64,000 nt of DNA from Balanoglossus misakiensis (Eukaryota > Animalia > Hemichordata), in assembly GCA_040954595.2 (NCBI GenBank), contig CM082586.2, forward strand, positions 7,223,337 through 7,287,336, read 5' to 3'. Position 1 is the first letter of the stretch, and each line of letters starts with the position of its first letter. The position numbers were made by a program, and so were the translations under genes. The notes under the pieces were generated by a model. It was not told the DNA's origin. It worked only from the letters and a program-made list of their open reading frames with translations, and did no database searches. Shown piece after piece: positions 47,854 to 59,861 of this stretch.

Positions 47854-50800
47854 ATGTCGTCGCCGTATGCCGACCACAGGCAGTATGTGAGCGTGGAAAC
47901 CGCGCTTCGGAATTCTAACGCTGCCTCGACACGACGAGCCATGGATTACCACCAGTCCAACCACTCGCACCACAACCACCAGCCGCCGCTCGACTTCGGG
48001 CGCTGGCTGGCGAAGAACGTGAAGCTGTCGCGCCTGATCCTCGTGCTGGTGGTCATGCTGATTCTCGTACCGTTGCTGACGCACTACTACCTCAGTAAAG
48101 TCGACGGGGTGAACGGAAACGGGGCGTTCGCGCCCTCGGGCGACGTCCTCGGCCGGCACCCGATGAAAGTCACCGATCTCCGGCTGCACGTTGACGAGCT
48201 CTACCGCATCAAGTCGTCGGTGAGCGCCGAGCTCTTGGAGTTGGAGAAGAGGAGGACCGAGATCCAGAGCCAGATCGTGTCGTCGGGCAACCGGCTGGAG
48301 GCGATTCAGCGCGAGATCGCCAGCGCGGACAACGAGCTGAAGAAGACAAAGCTTCAGATAACGCAACTGCAGAAGGAGAAAGAGGAGATATTGGAACTGC
48401 GACAGCAGCAGATAGCTCCCCCGAAGCGGATTCTGCCGAGTTTAGAGGATAACGTGATTTTGTCCGCACCCCAGGACAAACTGCAATGTCGGCAGCACAC
48501 TTGCTTCGATTACTCCCGGTGCTCTCTGACGTCGAATTTCCCGGTTTACTTTTACGAGCCGGCGAGTACTTTTCTCAGTACTATGGAGCTGGACCGCGTG
48601 GTCTTGAGCACGGTCAGCGAGCTGTTCAGTGCAAATCCGTACACCACGGACGATCCCGACATCGCGTGCGTCTACGTCGTGCTGTTGGGTCCGAGTATCG
48701 CGTCGCAGGTCTCCAGGACGGACCTGGAGAGTCGACTTCCCACCCTGCCGTACTGGCGGGGGGACGGGAGGAACCACGTCTTGTTGAACTTGGCGAACAA
48801 CGCTCTCGTGCAGCACCACTTGGAAGCGGTTAATACGGGTCGTGCTTTAATCGTGCAATCATATTTTCACAGCAGTGTGGAGTTCCGACCGGGCTTCGAC
48901 ATCGTCGCTCCAGTCTTGCTGGGACCAAAGTTTGAGTTCAATTGGAACGTGCTACCTCCTCTTGTGCCGGCCAAGAGAAAATACCTGCTTCATTTTCAGG
49001 GCGAAAGGACGTACCCGGCCCACCTGCAGGGCCGCAAGTTAAACTCCGACGTGCAGTTCACTCGCGGGGCGTCTCACGACGACAGCGATCAGTACGTCGT
49101 CGACGAGCTACGGAAATTCCAGGCCATCACGGACGACCGTTTCTTCATCGAATTAATCTGCAGCAGCAATGCAGCTCAGGGAAGCTGGGACACGCAAGAG
49201 TGGGCGCTCTGTGGGAACGAGATCGAACGTTCAGCCGTTCTCCGGGAGTCGACGTTCTCCTTGCTGATCGCGGGAGAGGATAACAGTGTGACATCACTTC
49301 CTGTTTTCAGCAGACTGTACGAAGCATTAAAGTACGGTGCAATTCCAGTGATACTGGGAGAACAGATCAAACTGCCATTTTATGAAACCCTCGACTGGCA
49401 AAAGGCAGTCATAATCCTCCCCAAACCCAGAATTACAGAGCTTTATTTCTATTTACAGACTATCTCCCACAACGATATTTTAGATTTACGAAAACAAGGG
49501 CGATTTTTTTACGAGAGCTATTTTTCTTCCACGAAGAGCGTTTTAGATACTATTTTAGCGACCGTCCGGACTAGGCTGAACATTCCGGCTGTGGTGATTC
49601 CGAACGCCCCCTCTCCGAGCGTCTTCAGCGAGGGCTTTGTTCCGTTGAAAGTCGACATGCAGGTGCAGACGCTGGAGATCGAGGACGGGGGAGGGGGCCC
49701 CGTCGAGCCCCCTTTTCCCTCGCCCAGTTTCCTCCGGAACTACACGTACAACAACCTCAACAGACACCAAACGTGGAACCAGCCCCCGGGTCCCTTCTAC
49801 ATGTTCCCGAACACCCCCTACGACCCGGAGCTGCCGTCGGAGGCCAAGTTCCGCGGATCCGGCGTGGGTTTCCGGCCGATAGGGAACGGTGCCGGTGGGG
49901 CCGGCAAGGAGTTCATGGAAGCCCTGGGAGGGAACTCCCCCAGGGAGCAGTTCACCATTGTCATGTTAACCTACGAGAGGGAAGAAGTGCTGATCAATTC
50001 CCTACAGAGGTTGAACGCACTGCCAAATTTGAACAAGGTGAGATTAAAACAGTCTGATTAAAAATCAGATGTAGAGTTAGGCGCCGTCTTAACCTTTGCT
50101 GGTTCTTTGCTGTTCTTCTTTCTCTGGTGTAATGTGGCGGCCGTCCAAGAACAGAATAGCCAGGAATTAGCAAAGGTAACGATCGAGCCAACCCTACATG
50201 CACATCTGATTTTAACCAGATTCAAATGAATACACCCATTGCAAATCTCACAGTCACCTCCAATTAAAGCCTCAGTATTTCTCGTAGGGGCAAAATTTTG
50301 TTTGAAACGGCATCTATAATTTCTAAAAGTAGATGATAATTGATACTGAATCGAACAGTCATCATCCCCAGCTCTGCTGATAAACTCATACAATTTACAA
50401 TATAACGAGTGAAGAATGACTTTCTGTCCGGACAGAAAGTCACGTGAGTCAGGCTAATGTTGACACACGTGACTAGTGCGCATGCGCACTCAAATGTGAA
50501 TCTATGCGGAAGAGGTTTGGTCGCCCCAAATCAAGCGACTCAGCGAAGAAATGCGCACTAATTCGGCGAAATTTGGGGAAGATAACTTTATGGGAGAAAT
50601 CAGTCGATGGAACCAGATCAAATCCGAAAATGGTCTGACCATCAAAATGTCAAAGTGGCACGTTTGCTGATCGACATGTACAACATTTCCGTTGTAAACA
50701 AACCCGCGCATCATTTCAAGTGTTACGGGCAATATTTACAGCTTGCACGTAGCTACAGTTGCCCAAACCTTTCTTCTATCTTCATTATGTAGTATTCCAT

Positions 50801-53800
50801 GATGAATGTACAGGAAAAACGGGCATTTTTCGATGATGAAAAATGGATACACACGAGAAATACTGGGGCTTTATTAACATACACCCATATATGGCTGAAA
50901 TGGCGTATTTGAGTGTTCTAAAGAACATATGGTGGCACTCTTTTTTTCGCGTGTGCCACCCACTGAAAATCCGTGATTGGCTAGATCGCAAGTGTACCAT
51001 GGTAACCGCAGCTAAATTCCCATAGGTGACCGTATACCTTTAACTGTGTTCTGGAAGTGCAGTATTGAAAACTGTCGCTCCTGAAATACCATGCAAGGTC
51101 ACTAATTGACAAGAGTTTTCACTGCACATTTGACAATGTCAGTGTCAGCATCTTAAAATTCTCTGCTAGTTGGCACCACTGTATAACAATGAACCAGGCC
51201 AGTGTAACAAACCAGGGACTGTGAGAGAGTACAGGCATATGGGTGGTCCTTCACATACACCTATATTACATTAGCGCGTTCTTTGTTATCTGGAGCACCG
51301 TGATCAATATATCAGTCGCTAAAACCAGTATCGAATGCGCACACGGTGTTTTGAACAAGTGAAAGCACCCTGCTAGATTACTTGCTCTCTTGCCAAGTTT
51401 TCTTTGGCGGCCATGTTGCCATTTTGCTACCGGGTCTATTAATAGAATTCCTACAACAAAACCTGACCTGAAACCTCTATGAGATTGACACTGTTATACC
51501 GGCTCCAAGAAGTAAGCTCCTGGCTTGCGTACAATGGCTGCATTCACTGCATGTATAGCAAAGAGAATACTGTAAAATGCTTTATTTTCGCGAGCAATAA
51601 ATTTTTCGCAAAATACGCAAGAGCCGAAATAACGTAAAAATAAAAAGTCGCGTAATTTTTTTGAAGATAACGATGTAGTGAATGAAAAAAGAGAACGCAA
51701 AAATTAATACTCGCGAAACAGTGGCCTCTCTCAATATTGCAAAAATTTCAACTCGCGAAAATAAAGTGTTTTACAGTAGAACACGGTTACAGAAGTGCCT
51801 GCATGTTATAAAGTGTCTTCTCAAGGTCATTGTTCATCATCCCGTGAAGTTCACCTGTAGGGAATTATAAACACATGCAGCATTGTATGATAAAGACACA
51901 ATAGCATTGTTATTGTTTTATTCATATTTTAATTTCATGGGGCATTGTTTTACTCGTCAGGTGATTGTTGTGTGGAACTCGCCTGAGCCCCCTTCTCAGG
52001 ATATGGGATGGCCGGAATTGCATGTGCCTGTTAAGGTAGGAGACTCAAAATTAAAAAAAAAATTCAACAATCTGATCGCTTTAGGTGTTTATATGTATGT
52101 ACATGTACCATACTTGTATGCAGTATGTGTTTTACCAGACATATGTACATGTATCAGTAAGATTACTAAATCTGCCAGAAATAATCAGCTCAGGGAAATT
52201 AAATAATTAATTATACACATTATTGTGATCAAATGCTGTGGTTAGTTGGTTGTACACTTGTAATACAATGACCAATTGCTGATTATGTCATTATTGTAAA
52301 ATTAATGGAAAATTAATATTGGGATAATATTGTTTGTTCACACTTAAAATTGGGTAAATGAACACCATCAGGAAATTTCATTTAATGATTATGTAATTAG
52401 CATAATTTCCTCCAAAAGTTATACAGACATGTTGTACACGTTTACGAGTCACTTGACAAGGAACTGACCAATCAGTGACAGCCTTACATGATGCGACTTC
52501 TACACACTACCCACCTCCCCTCGGCTCACATTCTCCCATCTACATGTATGTTCCAACCTCTACTGGTACTGGAAAGTCTGTTAATGTACAATGTATGCAT
52601 TGTGTTAGCAAGAAAGACTTGTCAGATCAATTGATTAGACTCAATTTCAAATATTTGCGTAAGTCAACCTCTGGGGCTTGAAGTGTTTACCCAGCAGAGT
52701 CCTCCTGTATGTTAAACCTCCCAGATTCTACAGATTAAAACCCATTAACCCTACTGGGTGTCATACCTGTTTGGAGTGTCAAGTCCCTTAAAATATGTAT
52801 TTGCCACTTTTTCTTCTAAAATGTATTTTGACTTCTTGACATGGCTCTCATATGTACTTAGACACACATGGCAGTCTGAGCCCCCCCCCCCCCAAAAAAA
52901 ATATACCAAATTGCACTGGTTTGCACTGTATTGGTCTGAGGGTCTTGTATAGGCCCTACTGATTAACACGCACTTGGCAGTCTAACAGGCCTGGGAGCCA
53001 GGATTTTAGGCACCCTGGAAATCAAACCAGTTTCAACTGACTTGGCAGCGTTAGGGTTAATGTCAGTGTGTTGTGTGACTCTTGTTGTTGTTTTTTGGCA
53101 GGTGATACAAACTAAAAAGAACAGCCTCAATAACCGCTTTCTGCCATTTGATGAGATAGAGACCGAGGCTATTCTATCGATTGATGATGACGCCCACCTG
53201 AGACATGATGAGATTTTGTTTGGTTTCAGGTAAGTGTGTTTTCTGTTTGATTTGTAGATCCGTAAAAAAAAATATTGTAGTAAGATGTTTTGGAACAAAA
53301 TGACAGGGTTCATTATTTGCACAGAAGAGTGTTGTGTAGAATGGAGCTTGTCTTTTCTTTGCATCAGCTTCTTGTAATAGTATCGCTGTTTCATAAAATT
53401 TATGATTACAGTGATTTAACATAAAGACATATTTAATATTTGACATTGTGCTGCATATGGCAACTTTAATATTTGATATTGCTACTGGTGCACTACCAGT
53501 GCTCCATATCCGATCATCTGATGCATTTGTAAACATTGCGTTTGCGGGAAGTTCAAGAGAGCTTTGGTTGCCTAGGGACGACGCGCTGACAAGGATTGGT
53601 TGTGTGTCTCTTTTGTGTTTATCACCGGGATCACCTCCATAGTTCATTTTCGCCGTGAAGGCCACTGTTTGCCGACGGGTCGGAAGTCAAACACACACAC
53701 CTGTTGATCTGTTAGCGCTTCCCCGTGGACCAATTTGGCCAAATTTTTGCGGATAATAGAGGTGAACCCCCAGGTGGCGGCCCGAAATGAAACCACGGGT

Positions 53801-56800
53801 GGCAACCGGCGGCCATATTGGAATGTCCAAACATGCACCTGGGGATTCGACGGTTGGGAGGGCCTTGCACTTCAGGTGAAGTGTGTCACTTGCAAACAGC
53901 GAGAAGTTACAGTCTGTCGTTTTTGTTGGAGTTTCTCAAACATGTACTCCTTCAACTCTGAAAAGCTGTTCCATAGATTCTAGGATTGACAGGCCTTTAT
54001 AAAAAAGTACACAAGCCTATATATACACGCATATGGTTCTGACTATTACATTTGAATTTCTTAAAGAGTGTGACAGCTACACAGTAAAACTGGCATGTAA
54101 TTCTAATACGGGTGCCTAGAAACTGCCCACACAGGAAAACTAAACATGTGTGTTAAATTCAGTGTTTGATTTCATGAAAGATGTTTACCAAATATTGGTT
54201 TCAGACATGTCCTATGCATAAAATGAAATATTTACAAAACACCTCATTTTGGCAAAAAATATGCGCTTACTGTTGTTATAACCACCGATAGATGTATCAT
54301 TCACGGGAACATAAAACCATGTAAATAAAATCTGAAAAAAACCCCACACCAGTACTATTGACTGTACCGCAATAATGAGTTTCGAAGTTACATCATTCAA
54401 GCATGTTTTCTATCTCACCACAGTCCCCTGCCTAACGCACCTTGCCACAAAACCGTTTCCTAGTGGTAACACAACACCTTAATTATACCCCGGAAACATG
54501 TTTTGTCCGGTTCTTTGTCTGTGGAGTCATTAATCACGGATAAAGTAATGGTGTGTAATTTCACGGTTTCTGACTCCGATAATTTGCGAAGGTTGTTATT
54601 ATCGCAACACCTATTATCCAATAACCTATAATTCATAATGTGAACTTTGACCCCAAAATTACTTGGAGAAAATTCTCCGTTTTGGGATAGCGTCATTGTG
54701 GTGATGGTTGACAGTTACTGTCAATGGACCGTGTCTTGTTACTATAAATAGGCCACCAGCCTCCCTTAGGATTGGGTCTTAGACTTATTTACCGGGCCAT
54801 GTTTTGACTGCAAGGTCACAGTCTGACAATTTTTGTGATAGAGAGAGAGAGGCAGATTGTAGTTTGCTTTTAATGTTTACTTTGGTGGAAAAAAAAGTAA
54901 AGGTACAGGATGTTTTAGATTTGTGTTGACAGATGGAAAACAGATATGCCGGGTGATGTTGAAAGACAGCAGAGATGGGCAGATGTAAGGTCCCCGTCAG
55001 CCGTTTTTGTGGAGAGAGGATTGTCTGAACTCACTGTACTTTGGAGACTGTCGCTGCTTTACCAATCAATCACCGTCAGTTTACCCAAACACACAGTTGG
55101 CAATCTCCCAACGCCATTCGAAAACCCTGTATACCAGATCAGGAAAGCATGTAGTGCAAGTTCCTCAAAACATTAAAGGGACAAAGTCTCTCTCTCACTG
55201 CCCTAGTTCCATTAATTATGATTGATACAAGACACCGTGTATGTTAATGTACATGTGGATATATAGTGAATCATCTTTTGACCACACACAATTTCCACCC
55301 CACTTGTAGACACAAGAGTGAAAAACTCGCCAAAATGAATAATCAGCCTTTACCATTTATTCATTTTGGCGAGATTTTTACTCTCATACCCTACAAACGG
55401 GATGGAAGTCGTGTGTGGTCAATAGTCACTCACTATATATCCACATGTAGAATAATATGAACGGTGTCTTGTATCAAACATAATTAAGGAAAAAAAGGCC
55501 TTTGAGAGAGACTTTGTCCCTTTAATGTACAGAGAGTGGTGCATTCAAATTAGGTTGCATTCTTGTTTTCCCGACCCCTGTGCTGAATCCGGACCCAGGT
55601 GTTTCCGACTCGGGACTGGATGACCTCGGAAATGACGACTGTCGTCTTCGCATAGAAACTTTGATTCCCACCGCTTGAATTAACACTCACTGACCACTTC
55701 AAATTCACCCTCAAGTAGAGCAACCCACAGAGTACACTCTCAAGGAGGGTATTAACCCTTTCACCCCCAGTTCCCTCATTGGAGGTCCCACCTTACCATA
55801 TAGAAAGCAATGGATTTGGACCAAACCATGGTGGTGAAGGGGTTAAACTTTAAAAAAAAACCTGTGCTGTAAAATAGTTGAAAAAAAAACAACTGTATCA
55901 ACACTTGAAGAATCTTCAAGCAACAATGAGATACCAGGTCTAACTAACACATGTACCGTTTCCCTTTGACACGAACATTCCCATTCCCGTCTGTAAACGG
56001 ATAATCCTTGCACAATGGAAAATGGGATTAGCGCCCTCGACAATGGCTCCGACACAGTCAAGTGACGGGCGGCTAATTTGATCATTTCATGTCGTTAAAG
56101 CTGGCGTGATGCAGGATTCACTTTGATCCTCTCTTTCGATTGTGGAGAAATTCAATAGTTCGGAGAACAAGAATAAAGAATGAGAACATCAATGTGGGTT
56201 TTACAGACAGGTAGAATTGCTACACTAAGAAACATCAGAGTGCACTACAGCCTAACATAGTTTAAAGGTATACAGTCACCTCCAATTTACATACGCCCAT
56301 ATATGGCTGAAATGACGTATTTGGGCGTTCTAAAGAACATATGGTGGCGCTGTTTTTTTCGCGTGTGCCACCCACTGAAAATCAGTGATTGGCTACATCT
56401 CATTTTGCCATGGTAACTATAGCTAATTTTCAATGGGTGACCGTATACCTTTAAAACGGCAAAATTGTAACATTTTATAAATTAAATATAAAACCGAACA
56501 AACGTTTCCTTCTCTCTTGTTTTTCGCAACAGGGTGTGGCGCGAAGCTCGCGACCGAGTGGTCGGTTTCCCCGGTCGCTACCACGCCTGGGATACGAACT
56601 TCAACAACGGGTGGCTGTACAATTCAAATTATTCGTGTGAACTTTCAATGGTGCTCACCGGTGCTGCGTTCTTTCATAAGGTGAGGGGTCGCGGAGTCCA
56701 AGTACATGACCTTTTGAGGGCAAGCAATCACCAATGGAAATGTGCCTGAACAGCTGTTGGTTTCATAATGTATGCTTTTCATCCAAATTTACCATTGCTG

Positions 56801-58086
56801 CATATCGAAGTAGTTTCCACATTTTACCATGGTATGGTTGCAAGTGTCCATTTGAGCATAGTATGGACACCAGCAAGATTTCTATCAGTAACCCAGGTGC
56901 CATTATGGTGTCATGTGACATAGCCTTAGCCAACCATATAACCATTAAAGGGATATCCCGTTTGTAGGATATGACAGTAAATATCTCGCCAATATGAATA
57001 AATGGTAAACACCGATTATTCATTTTGGCGATCTTTTCACTCTCATGTCTACAAGTGGGATGGAAGTTGTGTGTGGTTGAACGTTGATTCACTTTATATC
57101 CACATGTAGAATAACATAAACGGTGTCTCATATCAAACATATTTAATGGAAAAGGGCAGCAAGAGAGACTTTGTCCCTTTAACTATGAATAAAAGTAAGA
57201 CTTGATGTTAACTTCATTGCAATTGGCCTTTTACAGTACTATGCATACCTCTACACATACTGGATGCCCAGGGCTATTAGGGAAATGGTGGATGAATACA
57301 TCAACTGCGAGGACGTCGCCATGAATTTTTTGGTGTCTCACATCACCAGGAAACCCCCGATAAAGGTGAGTCCTGGCCGTGTGTCCGTACACAGTGTGAT
57401 GTACAGTATAGCAGTGACAATCTGTTGTTGATTCTGATTGACTATATACCAGTTGGACACCCTGTAAACTTAAGGTGTGTGTCTGAATGTAAAACCTGTG
57501 TGGTTTGTAAATGTATGTCAGAAAAAAACCAGCAGAATGTGTGTAACACCATCATTCAATATTGCATACATAGACAATCCACATAGCATGTAGATTAAGT
57601 TTTTGCTAAAAATGTGATTTGTGCAATAGCCACTGCCCAGTTTCGTGCCTGTTAGAGCGCCCTCAGTTGACAACCTGTATGAATTAACCAGTACTTCTGC
57701 AGCCTGAAACAGCTGTTGTGACATAATAGAAAGAAGAACACCAATACTGCAATATTGAAGTCTGATAATCAAGACAGATATATCGTTTTTCACCTCAACA
57801 ATGTCCTAAAAAATCCCCAGAAATATATGCCTGTCTGGAAAAGCCATTGAATTTGAACCCTTTCCGTTTCTTGCAGGTTACTTCCAGGTGGACATTCCGC
57901 TGTCCAGGATGTCCGCAGGCTCTGTCGTCGGACGATTCCCACTTCCAGGAACGGCACAAGTGTATGAACTTCTTCACCAAAGTCTACGGCTACATGCCTC
58001 TAATGAACACTCAGTTTAGAGTCGACTCCGTTCTCTTCAAAACCAGGCTTCCTCATGATAAGCAAAAATGCTTCAAATTTATTTAA
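47854..58086 (+). CDS. EXTL3: Exostosin-like 3 (GlcNAc transferase for heparan sulfate chain initiation; GT47 + GT64 domains)
   Basis: Exons 47854-50037, 51961-52035, 53102-53229, 56533-56680, 57237-57365, 57877-58086. [22 protein letters not shown] followed by a coiled coil. Motifs: [83 protein letters not shown] (DXD), [28 protein letters not shown]-terminal [22 protein letters not shown]. The start could instead be the Met at 47941. Confidence 0.97.
51568..51778. mobile_element. TA-MITE copy 7, orientation A
   Basis: Intact TIRs and TA flanks. Confidence 0.9.
52745..53060. mobile_element. ~315-bp TTAA-CCCT...AGGG-TTAA MITE (piggyBac-like ends)
   Basis: ttaaccctactggg...gcgttagggttaa; partial second copy at 46205-46404. 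Confidence 0.7.
55173..55525. mobile_element. AGGGACAAAG-TIR TTAA MITE copy
   Basis: Intact TIRs and TTAA flanks; homologous to 42017-42369. Confidence 0.85.
55752..55846. mobile_element. CCCT/AGGG mini-MITE copy (intact)
   Basis: ttaaccctttcacccccag...ggtggtgaaggggttaa. Confidence 0.8.
56262..56454. mobile_element. AGGTATACGGTCACC-TIR TTAA MITE copy (reverse orientation)
   Basis: ttaaaggtatacagtcacc...ggtgaccgtatacctttaa. Confidence 0.85.
56945..57182. mobile_element. Internally deleted AGGGACAAAG-TIR MITE copy (reverse orientation)
   Basis: ttaaaggga...gagagactttgtccctttaa; body is the reverse complement of the 55173 copy. Confidence 0.75.
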
Positions 58087-59649
58087 ACTTAAAAAGAGAG
58101 AGAGAGAGATTTCAACAGAACAACCAGTCTCAGCTTATTTTTGTATTTCAGGTAAATATATCTAAAGTATATAAAAGAATATGTCGTCAGGATCATATGC
58201 TTTTGAATTTGCAAGAAAATTATTGTTGTAAAGATGAACTAAAGGCATAATAGTTATAACTTTTCAGTTTGCTTTGTTGCCAGTAGATGGAATTTGTTTT
58301 TAGAAAGTGTGCTACTCAGTATCATGTGCACTCGGCCAGTTTTATAGTACATGTAGGTCTTTTTATTTAGTAGCTAGTTGAAGTATAACATATTTATTGA
58401 ACAAGTCTCATATACAGTGTTTGTATCAGACACTCTTATATGTATAATGTATTTTAGGTTAAAGGTATATGGGGTGACCCCTTACTTAAAGATGTCCATT
58501 TATGGGCATATGTAGTGCTATTTGCTCCTATGCTGTTTTTGCTTGGCCTCCTAGTTAAAATCTGTGATTGGTCAACTCTCCAGTATCTATGATGTCTGTG
58601 GCCAGATTACACAGCTTACTGTAAACCTGCAGGTACATGTATTAGTTATATAAGCCTCCATAACATAATCAAAACGATCACCTCTCTACCACTGCTTGGA
58701 ATACTAAAGCTTGCTTATTTTTGCACATTTTGTATACAATTTATAATATTGGCACTGTGCGTAGCACAAGACGGTGTTGCAACTGTTTTGATGGAAATAC
58801 GAACAGTCAAATACATTCATGAAATGATAAGGCACATAAGATTTTAGTATTTATTGTATCTGTTGATTTTATAGTCGAGGATCTTCTTTTCCTGAGCTTT
58901 GATCAATTTAATGTATGGGGATCTGTCTGATTCATTCTGATAGGGGCTCAGGTGTTTTTTTTCCCCTCATGTTTATTACAAACTGAATTTGGTCATTTCC
59001 CTGTACGCAAGCAAAGCCTCGAGCAATACACACAAGCTATTACCAAGTGGTTAGAGTATTAACCCATTTGCTAATGTTTTTAGTGTGAGATATCTTTTTT
59101 AATTATTAGTACAGCGGAGGGGGTCATAAACAAATACAACTTACCTGAATTTTTTTGTTATATCTCTTCATCGCAGGTTTAATAGTTTGTGCTGATGATT
59201 TTACTCCTAATTGTATGCAATATTAATTCGTCTTGCTTCTTACTTTGTACATGTAAATACTTGTAGTAGTCAGTTGACTTTACATATCTCCCTACTGCCA
59301 TTTTGCACATTTCACTGTCCAATCAGAAAATGTGTCTTATGACAGCAATGATAGTTACCATGCTCTGTTCTGAGGACACTTTGTGAAATGGTCAGTGATT
59401 GGCTAATTCCAATGATGCATTTGCCCATTATCTGCCATCATTGCCTTTTTGCATAGCATTTTGGAGTGGAAGTAAACGTTTTGGGCTTGCGAGGCTGACC
59501 GTGAATTAAAGTTAGTTACCTCAATTTTTTATACATTTCTTTCATTGCTACATGTTGTAGCGTAAATTGCATCACTATTTCCAACATTTGAAGAACTGTT
59601 ATTATAACATTGGGTCTCCTACCTATGAAAACAGAACTCAACATGCCAA

Positions 59650-59861
59650 ACTGTAACACACTTTATTTTCGCGAGTTGAAATTTTCGCGATATCGAGAGA
59701 GGCCACTGTTTCGCGAGTATTAATTTTCACGTTCTCTTATCTCATTCATATGCATCGTTATCTTCCAAAAAAATTTACTCGACTTTTTATTTTCACGCTA
59801 TTTTGGCTCTCCCTTTTTTCGCGAAAATTTATTGCTCGCGAAAATAAAGTGTTTTACAGTA
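59650..59861. mobile_element. TA-MITE copy 8, orientation B, in the probable EXTL3 3' UTR
   Basis: Same family; left end slightly mutated. Confidence 0.85.

Noticed and set aside
23712-59861. Repeated palindromic ~200-bp units considered as CRISPR, REP or integron-like arrays
   Set aside because: They are dispersed, bounded by TIRs and TSDs, and intronic in a eukaryotic genome; no spacers or cas genes.
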